Source: a virus. Taken from it: 64,000 nt of DNA. The translations under genes were made by a program, and so were the position numbers. Each line of letters begins with the position of its first letter. Position 1 is the stretch's first letter. The notes beneath the pieces are model-generated. The model did no database searches. It was not told the DNA's origin and saw only the letters and a program-made list of their open reading frames with translations. Shown piece by piece: positions 56,681 through 64,000 of this stretch. Where the stretch lies: the IMG/VR virus record IMGVR_UViG_3300009376_000001; one strand, given 5' to 3'.

Positions 56681-59593
56681 TTATCTAGGTCGTAAACTTG
56701 AATCAAACTCTAATTCTTTAATGTTATAACATTCTGGACAAATCATAGGATCTGGTTTTTGTATGATATCTGTAATATATGATTTAGGATTCATTGGAGT
56801 AACACACAACGTTACTTCATAAATCTCCAAATCAGTTACTTCCGTCCAACATTTACCATGTTCACAAATAGTTTTCTTATCTTTTGCATTACCTGCAATA
56901 GAAAATCCTCGCATTCCGCCTTTTAAGACCTCAGCCATAGCTTTTCTAGAAACTTCTAAATCAGTTCTAAACGCTGCAACCACAAACAGTCCTTCAGGTC
57001 GAACCTCGGTTTTCCATTCTTTCCCCGTGGCATCTACAAATCTACGTAGAATTTGACCAACCTGGATGCCCGAATGGAAAATGTTCATATTGGCAAATTC
57101 TTTTTTACCTAAGAATTTATTCATAGCCCGTCGCATGCCATCCAAACCAATACGATGACCTTCACGGTCTACAATATAATAATTACCCCATCCAGCAACC
57201 ACTAAAGTACGACCTGTATCCATTTTTTGAATGGAATTCTCAGTTAATACTTTAAACGCTTCATGCTCTCCCAAAGATTCTGGCGTATCACCCTTACCTA
57301 ACACATAGCTACCTAAATCTTGAGACAATAACGCCAAATTGGTGTATTGTTCCGCTGCATTATCATTAATACTGCGTAATCGATGGTCTTCATCTATAAA
57401 TTGTCTAGTAGCTCGTTCATGTTCTGGTTTCTGAGATATTGCCGTAGGAGCATATGCTTCTTCATCGTCAGCAATCACATAACTACTAGCTTGATCTAGT
57501 CCAATAGGCTGCTGTTCTTTCGGAATTTGATGTTCCTGATCTGAAGCTCTTTGCTCCGCATCATCATCTTCGGAATCTCCAGGCTTATGTCGCTCTACAG
57601 AACGAGGAGGACGAGTATTATCATCAGATGGATATGGAAGTTGAGATACACCTTCATAAGATCCAGCATCCATTGAGTCTTTCAATTGTAAAGCTGAATT
57701 ATATTTACGTTCTCGTCCAGTACGTCCACCATGTGTAGCGGTATGAGTTGCATCTCCTCCGCTTCCTCCAGTGGACATAGCAGTACCTCCACTAAATCCT
57801 CCACCGCCTCCGTCGCCTCCAGCACCTCCGCCTCCACCTGCGCCACCTCCGCCCCCACCTTCTTTCAAAACAGGAGTACGATTAATAGGCTTTAAATTAG
57901 AATCATAATCAGATTCTAAATCGGTATCTGTAGCATCAGCAGGAGCAATCATGGTAACACTGCCATCACCTCCGCCTTCAACCCCCTCTCCGCCCGTACC
58001 ACCAGAAGCTTTCGTATTTACATCTACTCCATCAGTTTCTTCAGGAGAAATATCTATAACAGCACCAGATGAAAAAGCTTGTGTTCCTGTACCAGTTTCT
58101 GCACTGGAAAGAGCTTCTCGTCCATCCTCATCAGGATCAATAGGCTTTTGAGCATCCCTTTCATTATTAGCATATGCCTTCATAGCTAAGGAGGATTTTT
58201 TATTTTCCTCCTCTTCTTTTATCCGACGATAATGCTGAGAAGAAGCCATTGTTCCGTCATTTAAAGCTTCAGGATCGTCTACGCCTAATCCACCTTCATT
58301 AGATTGCTTTTGTATAGGCTTAGAAGGAACCCGACCTTCATCTATATCTGAATATTCCAGATTTTTAAAGTTATCATGTTGAGCTTTAATACGACTCGGA
58401 ACGGTAGCAGTGCCTAATTGATTAGGTTTACGGTCATTTTTATTTGATTGCTGGATGCCCTGATCATCATCTCCTGTGCTGAAAGAAGAAGTTGCTCCCT
58501 CAACAACATTACCAACTGCACTGCCAATACCTGATGCAACAGCCCCGACTCCACGAGCTACTCCTCCAGCAATTGCACCCAAAGCAGGAAGAATCTTTTC
58601 TATTTCTTGTCCACGGACCTGATGAAGCTTATCTTGCCCCTCTACATCATCGCCTTCTTTAAGCTTTACTTTATTAGGAGTAAATACATCCCCAACAGAA
58701 CTAAAAGGATCTCCTAAATCAGAAACATCTCGCTGTTTACTAAAAGCGAACCATTCTCCATCTTGTTGAGTTAATCTAATCTCAACTCCGCCAGCATCAG
58801 CATTCTTAACTAAGAAAGCAAAACCTTCTTCCGCATCATTAGGAATATATTCCCGCATGATAACGTTAGGTTTCTTTTCATCAGTTTTATAATTAGCAGG
58901 ACTCTCTAAATCTTCGTCACTGGTATAGATAAGGTCACGTACATCTTTTTGTACGCCCTCTATTTCTTCTTCTTTATGTTCTCCGGCTTCCCACGGCTGT
59001 TCAGAAACTTCTGCCCATTTTTCGTTCCTCTCAGCCATAGGTACAGGCTTAAAAAGATCACAATACATCTCTTCTTTGACAGGAAGGTCTATCTTTGTAC
59101 AATATCCGCCTGCAGCAAAAAAGATACAGGTATGACATTCTTCAGCTTCTTTCTCAGAAGGACGATAATTAATAAAATCTAAAACGTCTAAATTACTACG
59201 ATTATGTTTAATTAGGTTGAGAAAACTCTCTTCAGAAAATTCTTTAACTAATTCAATACCATCTAAAGACGAAGCTAAATGATCATGTCCTATAGCTGCT
59301 AGCATATCCCTAACATGGTCATTACGTGCCTGAAGAATTTCCCTTAACGCAGCAAAAGAAGGATCAGAACCTTTCTCTTCATCGTCATGAATCTGAGCAA
59401 CTTGATTATAAAATACAGAAGCTGCTTTCTCCCCATCAGGACCAGCATAAAGATTATTTCCGTCTAGACGCACAAAAAACACATCATTATGATGTGCTAA
59501 TTCCACAGCATGGGATTGATCTTGATAAAGACTGAGGATATCAATATCCTCTAATTCTTTTATTAATGCATCTAAAGCGTTTAAGTCAGTCAT
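56681..59593 (-). CDS. Prohead protease (HK97/S78-like) with ~790-aa N-terminal extension
   Basis: C-terminal VAGW..VDREGH.I, N..H...QVG, GFSIAG and EVTL...P.NP catalytic motifs. Confidence 0.85.
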   Translation of the reverse strand: MTDLNALDALIKELEDIDILSLYQDQSHAVELAHHNDVFFVRLDGNNLYAGPDGEKAASVFYNQVAQIHDDEEKGSDPSFAALREILQARNDHVRDMLAAIGHDHLASSLDGIELVKEFSEESFLNLIKHNRSNLDVLDFINYRPSEKEAEECHTCIFFAAGGYCTKIDLPVKEEMYCDLFKPVPMAERNEKWAEVSEQPWEAGEHKEEEIEGVQKDVRDLIYTSDEDLESPANYKTDEKKPNVIMREYIPNDAEEGFAFLVKNADAGGVEIRLTQQDGEWFAFSKQRDVSDLGDPFSSVGDVFTPNKVKLKEGDDVEGQDKLHQVRGQEIEKILPALGAIAGGVARGVGAVASGIGSAVGNVVEGATSSFSTGDDDQGIQQSNKNDRKPNQLGTATVPSRIKAQHDNFKNLEYSDIDEGRVPSKPIQKQSNEGGLGVDDPEALNDGTMASSQHYRRIKEEEENKKSSLAMKAYANNERDAQKPIDPDEDGREALSSAETGTGTQAFSSGAVIDISPEETDGVDVNTKASGGTGGEGVEGGGDGSVTMIAPADATDTDLESDYDSNLKPINRTPVLKEGGGGGGAGGGGGAGGDGGGGGFSGGTAMSTGGSGGDATHTATHGGRTGRERKYNSALQLKDSMDAGSYEGVSQLPYPSDDNTRPPRSVERHKPGDSEDDDAEQRASDQEHQIPKEQQPIGLDQASSYVIADDEEAYAPTAISQKPEHERATRQFIDEDHRLRSINDNAAEQYTNLALLSQDLGSYVLGKGDTPESLGEHEAFKVLTENSIQKMDTGRTLVVAGWGNYYIVDREGHRIGLDGMRRAMNKFLGKKEFANMNIFHSGIQVGQILRRFVDATGKEWKTEVRPEGLFVVAAFRTDLEVSRKAMAEVLKGGMRGFSIAGNAKDKKTICEHGKCWTEVTDLEIYEVTLCVTPMNPKSYITDIIQKPDPMICPECYNIKELEFDSSLRPR

Positions 59594-59602
59594 TAACTAA
59601 AG

Positions 59603-60790
59603 TCATCCTATACTTGGTTGGATGGCACGTTGTGTGGGAGCCGATGGACTAGAACCCCCAAATAGCGGAGCATGACGTGCGCCTGTCTCTCTCATTGCGG
59701 TAGCTTCATTTACATTACCAGGAAGAGCACGTGATCCTCCGCCTGGAGTCATAGCATAGACCTGCTCGCCTCCCGTCTGCTTCTCTATTCCCTCTTGTTC
59801 AGGAGACTCCTGAACATTATGAGAGGGTCATTTATCGCAGTCTTCGTCTTCAGGACCTGTCTCCAGACCATCGGCAGACATGCCCAAACCATCTATGGCG
59901 GAGCCTCCACTACTATTAGGCATCATTTCCAAATCTTGAGAGACAGCGTTAGCTTTTTCCACCGACAAAAAATCAGATAATTCAAAAACATCTGGCTCAT
60001 AGTATAGGAAGGCGGATAAAAAGGCAGGTTCGTTCACTGTATCTATACTTTTCGCTATATTCATACTAGATTCCCACCAATCTTTAGTAGGACGTGTCGA
60101 TCGATTTGTTAGCATCTGATGAACTATTGTTCCTTCGACCAAATCTTCTGCATTAATACTTTCATCTAAATCAAATGATTTTAAAATACTAATATCATCA
60201 ACTAAAGCAGTATCGCCATCCTGTTTAGGCAATACACGATCCACGGAACCCCAAATTTTCAGAATATCAATAGATTTAGCATGAGTACGGACTACAGAAC
60301 TCACAAAATCATTTGATTTTGTAACATCATTCGTCTCATCTTCGTCATCTTCAGTAGTAGCGTATCGATTTAAAAAGGGTTCAGCAATACTGGATTCAGA
60401 ATTTTCCTGCTCATGTCTCTCTAAGTTAGTATTCTGATCATATTCCCCTTTTTCTACATCATCACCTTGAATCTTTGAAGATATTTTATCTCCAATAGCT
60501 TCTCCAATAGCAGGAGCAGCTGCTCTAGCTACTGTACCCATTAAGCCAGATTTCTCTACTTCGTTTTCAGACTGATAAGGATCATCCCCGTTAGTACTAT
60601 CCACATTTACATGCACAGACGGAGCTTTAGCAGGCTGGTGGTCTGACGTATGCCAGTGCATAACATCAGGACACCAATGGTCAGCCTCAGGCAATTCATC
60701 TTCGGTCTTCTGCAAATGCGAAGACTCAATAGAATCAATCATTAAATGTAGGCCATTTACGAAATCTAAATCAGCTTGGGACTGCGTCAT
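59603..60790 (-). CDS. Putative head internal protein; candidate selenoprotein (in-frame TGA at 59828-59830, CDK-U); 320 aa if TGA terminates, 395 aa if read through
   Basis: Frame open for 74 codons past TGA, ending 9 nt before the protease ATG; SECIS-like hairpin; the extension carries the family GIEK motif. Confidence 0.65.
59790..59827 (-). promoter_or_regulatory. Bacterial SECIS-like hairpin 1
   Basis: UGA-CCCUCU-CAUAA-UGUUCAGGA-GUC-UCCUGAACA-AGAGGG. Confidence 0.65.
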
Positions 60791-61097
60791 TTTGCCAAAC
60801 CTCCGGCGGTGCCACCAATATCACAGGTGGATGATATGCATTACAAAGATGATAAATAGTAGAAGACGATGCTTCTCTCATAGCCATTATCTTGAATACT
60901 TCAAATAATTCAATATCCACAAATTGTACTGCTGGGCCATCAACACCTACATCAATCGCTGCCCAACGATTTGGATAATTCTCAATTAAATCAGACCTAT
61001 TGCTCAATAACCATTGCACATTTGCTGACCGATTAATTTCAACTTCTGCTTTCATTTTAGCCTTACCTATCTCCTTCCTTACCTTTGACAAAACCAT
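60771..61097 (-). CDS. Hypothetical protein, DUF5678-like
   Basis: N..WL..N...L...YP..W.AI pattern. Confidence 0.45.
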   Translation of the reverse strand: MVLSKVRKEIGKAKMKAEVEINRSANVQWLLSNRSDLIENYPNRWAAIDVGVDGPAVQFVDIELFEVFKIMAMREASSSTIYHLCNAYHPPVILVAPPEVWQNDAVPS

Positions 61098-61111
61098 ACC
61101 TTACCTTACCA

Positions 61112-61537
61112 TTACCCAAGATATTCTTGATTATAAGAATTTAAAGACTGTAGTCCAGGATCTGGACACGTATTATTTATCGGTGTCGAATTCTTAGGAA
61201 TATAATATTTATTAGTCGCATCTAAAAATCGTTCATATAAATAATACCAAAGATTCTCAGAAAATTCCTCTACTGTACAACCACGTGTTTGAGCATCTCG
61301 TCCGGCTTCTGCCTTCCAACGTTCTAAAACTCGTAATTTCCAATCATTAAAATCTAAATTATATGAGTTCTTTGGTTCAATAACTTTACCTGGCGTAGGC
61401 ATACGAGTTTCTCCATAGCCTCCTACGTCAGCATAATAAAAATCATCAAACGCATCCCATAATGCGTCTTGAAATTCATTGTAATTATGGAATTGTCTAG
61501 AAACAACTAATCCAGGCTGATGCTTAGTCTGTTTCAT
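61112..61537 (-). CDS. Hypothetical protein
   Basis: 141-aa aromatic-rich ORF. Confidence 0.6.
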   Translation of the reverse strand: MKQTKHQPGLVVSRQFHNYNEFQDALWDAFDDFYYADVGGYGETRMPTPGKVIEPKNSYNLDFNDWKLRVLERWKAEAGRDAQTRGCTVEEFSENLWYYLYERFLDATNKYYIPKNSTPINNTCPDPGLQSLNSYNQEYLG

Positions 61538-61675
61538 TTACGGCTCTATAGGAGCTATTTTCTCTATTTGGTTTGGACACCAACGAGCAGGCTCAAAATT
61601 AGGTTCCGGATCCGGCTGAATCCGTGGATTCGTCTTTGGTACTACTGTCGGTTTCGTCTTCGGTGATGTTGGCAT
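61538..61675 (-). CDS. 45-aa proline-rich protein (not in the ORF track)
   Basis: MPTSPKTKPTVVPKTNPRIQPDPEPNFEPARWCPNQIEKIAPIEP; AAGGAG RBS; stop abuts the next ATG. Confidence 0.65.
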   Translation of the reverse strand: MPTSPKTKPTVVPKTNPRIQPDPEPNFEPARWCPNQIEKIAPIEP

Positions 61676-62051
61676 CTATCTCTATCTCCTTAGCAAGGAA
61701 TTTATATAGTTTTAATTTTAAATCGTATCCCGCATCTGATCCTGTTCCCCAACGAAAAGTCGTAGGAACAATAGCTAACAGTGTTCTTGCTAAAAATTCA
61801 TCAATGGGCAAAGACTCAGTAAGTGAAGAAATCTGAGTAGGTTGCCCTTTCTTTTGTCTAGTTAAAGAACTAATTCCTCTCCAAACATCATATCTAAAAG
61901 ATGACCAATTGGTGACTAAATCTTCTAGAGGAGCATTCGGTATTAGTCCTGAGCCAGAACACATAACCCAATCCAAAAGAAGAAGCTCTTCTTCTGTAAC
62001 CGTAATGTTTTCTACAACTGGAAGTTCCCAGCCGTCATCCCCTAGTACCAT
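61599..62051 (-). CDS. Hypothetical protein
   Basis: 150 aa with GAGG RBS; acidic tail overlaps the proline-rich ORF. Confidence 0.6.
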   Translation of the reverse strand: MVLGDDGWELPVVENITVTEEELLLLDWVMCSGSGLIPNAPLEDLVTNWSSFRYDVWRGISSLTRQKKGQPTQISSLTESLPIDEFLARTLLAIVPTTFRWGTGSDAGYDLKLKLYKFLAKEIEIDANITEDETDSSTKDESTDSAGSGT

Positions 62052-62055
62052 ATAC

Positions 62056-62088
62056 TACCTCGCATGCCTACGGCAGCTAAATACCGCC
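62056..62088 (-). promoter_or_regulatory. Bacterial SECIS-like hairpin 2
   Basis: UGA-GGCGG-UAUUU-A-GCUGCC-GUA-GGCA(U)GC-G-AGGUA. Confidence 0.5.
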
Positions 62089-62631
62089 TCAAGCAGCTTC
62101 TAAATGACTTGGATCGCCTTTTTTATGCTTACATTTAGCACGAGATTGTTTATCCAAATATCTATTAATTAACGTAACAGGGTCAGCAGATCGATTAAAA
62201 CCGCCTTCCTGTGGGCCATAGGTCGCAAATGAAGCAGCAGATGGACCCGTACTGCCTCCCCCTGATCCCGGCTGTGAGGTAGCATGGATACCCATTGAGC
62301 CGCCACCAGGAGCACTACCCCAATTAGTAGTAGGAGCCTGATATACAGTACCAGAACGTCCAATAGTGCCTGAAGCTCCTACTGCCCCACACATATTCTG
62401 AGTACACGCTTTGCCTATTTCAGAGCCTTTTTCATGCCCACAAGGAAAAGTATGTTCATGTTTTTCTACATAACCATCGATAGCTTTCTTAATTAATGAA
62501 ACTATCATAGATTTAGACGCAAAATCACTAAGCTTGTCTTCACTCATGCTAGTTTTAGTCTTCTTACCAGCACGAGCACGAGCAAGCTCAGCACCCATAA
62601 ATCGACGTTGTTTCTCTGATTTAGCTGGCAT
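62077..62631 (-). CDS. DUF3008-like head-cluster protein; candidate selenoprotein (TGA at 62089-62091, ends ...AA-U-GGI)
   Basis: N-terminal MPAKSEKQRRFMGA...MSE..L.DFA; TGA aligns with Cys of an internal CxHxKG repeat; 180 aa if TGA terminates. Confidence 0.6.
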
Positions 62632-63267
62632 TTATCCTTGATAAGACCAAGAGCGAGAACCTTCTTCTAAATCATCACTCTTAAGTATTTTACGAGAAGC
62701 TACATCACTAGTAGGAGTACGAGGAGGTGTCAAAAAACGTTCACCTGTCTCAGTGTCTACCGCATGTCCCATCTCACTCTGATGGCCTTCACCGATATTA
62801 GTTTTAGCCTCTTCCTCATCGGCAGCACTCATCATGCCATGAGCTTGTGAAATTTTTCTAGATTCCGGCGGGCCTGAGCGATTCCGTTTGAAATCAGGAG
62901 CCATCTTCGGAGATCTAACACCACGTGTCTCGCTACCCATCTGAGCGTCATATGGCTCTTGCAAATGACCATATTCCGCATCGTAGTCAGTTTCTTTCTC
63001 TACATATTGTTCAATGGCTTTGATTAAAGTAGCTTCTTCCGACTCATCATCAGAGAGAACTATTACAGGCTGTTGAGAAAGAATCGGAGAATCATAATTA
63101 TTAGTTGCGCCCTTTACAGGCTCCAATATCTGATCTTTAAGACCAGGTTCTCCTTTAGGAGAATAAATATCAGTAACAGCTAAACGATTCATACCGCTGT
63201 AATCACCGATACGAATCTTGTCATCCGCCACTTCGGGAAAATCCTTCCTTCCTTTAAAATCAGGCAT
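62632..63267 (-). CDS. Acidic head-cluster protein
   Basis: Start re-called at MPDFKG (GGAGG RBS); LIKAIEQYVEK motif shared with 62077..62631. Confidence 0.6.
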   Translation of the reverse strand: MPDFKGRKDFPEVADDKIRIGDYSGMNRLAVTDIYSPKGEPGLKDQILEPVKGATNNYDSPILSQQPVIVLSDDESEEATLIKAIEQYVEKETDYDAEYGHLQEPYDAQMGSETRGVRSPKMAPDFKRNRSGPPESRKISQAHGMMSAADEEEAKTNIGEGHQSEMGHAVDTETGERFLTPPRTPTSDVASRKILKSDDLEEGSRSWSYQG

Positions 63268-63469
63268 CATTCTCCTCCACGCTAAACTCTTCCACAAGTT
63301 CTCTTTTTAAATTATCCGTAATATTATAGATAGATTTACGAATTAGCCGTCGCAATGCATTACGCTGACCCGATTCAACGTAAAAACCTTCTACAATAGT
63401 TAAGGTTTCCCTAACTATAGCAGAAACAGCCTTATCGTACTTAGCGTCCCAGCTATTCGTATCTTCCAT
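63260..63469 (-). CDS. Hypothetical helical protein
   Basis: 69-aa ORF downstream of a promoter candidate. Confidence 0.55.
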   Translation of the reverse strand: MEDTNSWDAKYDKAVSAIVRETLTIVEGFYVESGQRNALRRLIRKSIYNITDNLKRELVEEFSVEENDA

Positions 63470-63490
63470 TAATTTAACTCATGTAAAACA

Positions 63491-63499
63491 ATTTTACCA
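63491..63499 (-). promoter_or_regulatory. Extended -10 promoter candidate (TGGTAAAAT)
   Basis: Intergenic, same 9-mer as 36567. Confidence 0.5.
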
Positions 63500-63510
63500 C
63501 ATTCTGAGAA

Positions 63511-63660
63511 TTAATTCACGTAAAACTCAGATTGGCAGTCTTCAGAGCAAAAGGTTTCTCCAGAATCTCCATCTACCACACATATATCACATACCATAGA
63601 CTCACAGTAATCACATTCTATGGCATCTTCTGTCCAATCGCTACAAATTGTACATCTCAT
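63511..63660 (-). CDS. 49-aa Cys-rich zinc-finger-like protein (not in the ORF track)
   Basis: MRCTICSDWTEDAIECDYCESMVCDICVVDGDSGETFCSEDCQSEFYVN; ATGA overlap with the upstream gene. Confidence 0.75.
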   Translation of the reverse strand: MRCTICSDWTEDAIECDYCESMVCDICVVDGDSGETFCSEDCQSEFYVN

Positions 63661-63998
63661 CGTATAAGCTTGACCACTGAGGTAACATTACCTCTAACTC
63701 GACTAGAATATTTAGGCAATGCTGATTGGTTATGCTGAATAAAAGAACGTACATGCTCACAACGTTTACGTTGTGTAACGTTTATATCGCAATCTAAATG
63801 ATGTACTACTAACTTATGTTTTACATCCATATATTTAAAAAGCCGATATACATATTCAAAATCTTGAGTTAATACTGTAATCTCTCGTAATTGGTACGTA
63901 TCATAAAATGGACGACTAGACTTAGTCTTAGATACCGTACACGGCATACAATACGTCTTATCTACTTTAATTAATTTCCCACACTCACAATAGTTATC
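63657..63998 (-). CDS. Cys-rich hypothetical protein, 5' end beyond the window
   Basis: Frame is open to the window edge (DNYCECGK...YCMPC...); C-terminal C...CEH. Confidence 0.6.
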   Translation of the reverse strand, partial: DNYCECGKLIKVDKTYCMPCTVSKTKSSRPFYDTYQLREITVLTQDFEYVYRLFKYMDVKHKLVVHHLDCDINVTQRKRCEHVRSFIQHNQSALPKYSSRVRGNVTSVVKLIR

Positions 63999-64000
63999 AG

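Noticed and set aside
59603-59752. Independent 49-aa gene (MTPGGG...) as the sole explanation of the gap
   Set aside because: Not excluded, but it leaves unexplained the open 25 codons upstream, the GIEK motif, the hairpin and the CxxU context; its RBS is weak.
31-63738. Plus-strand ORFs in the track (e.g. 35265..35873, 38842..39492, 45461..46120, 31087..31710)
   Set aside because: Antisense shadows of Thr/Ala/Gly-rich minus-strand genes with no recognisable motifs.
1-64000. Genome-wide stop-codon reassignment (TGA=Trp/Gly or TAG=Gln)
   Set aside because: Long conserved genes are intact in code 11, TAG and TAA end genes cleanly, and most TGA stops sit in ATGA-type overlaps. Only two site-specific TGAs look recoded.
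1-64000. tRNA genes (including tRNA-Sec), integrase, terminase, portal, endolysin
   Set aside because: None recognisable in this window; they may lie elsewhere in the genome.

Overview
This 64-kb window is part of a large, AT-rich tailed phage (Caudoviricetes, siphovirus-like). Essentially all genes lie on the minus strand. In transcription order (right to left) it contains: (1) 63.9-54.3 kb head cluster: acidic, low-complexity putative internal proteins, a 970-aa prohead protease with a very long N-terminal extension, scaffold, and HK97-type major capsid protein; (2) 54.1-28.4 kb: about 35 Gly/Thr/Ala-rich fibre/decoration genes and small chaperones built from shuffled shared modules; (3) 28.4-12.0 kb: neck, tail terminator, tail tube, tail-assembly chaperone with a -1 frameshift, tape measure and tail-tip proteins; (4) 12.0-0 kb: a bacterial-type replication/recombination operon behind a sigma70 promoter (DnaB, DnaG, SSB, beta-clamp-like, PolA, RecA, nucleases, RuvC-like, class II RNR). 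The most striking signal is two head-cluster genes whose apparent TGA stops look like selenocysteine codons. Each TGA lies in a Cys-like context (CDK-U; CxHxKG...A-U aligning with an internal CxHxKG...A-C repeat). Each is followed after 11 nt by a bacterial-SECIS-like hairpin with a GU-starting 3-nt loop, and one frame stays open for 74 more codons that fill an otherwise empty gap. These proteins also carry many hydrophobic-X-Lys motifs that look like prohead-protease cut sites, suggesting virion-packaged (seleno)peptides. All assignments come from reading motifs by eye; no database searches were run.
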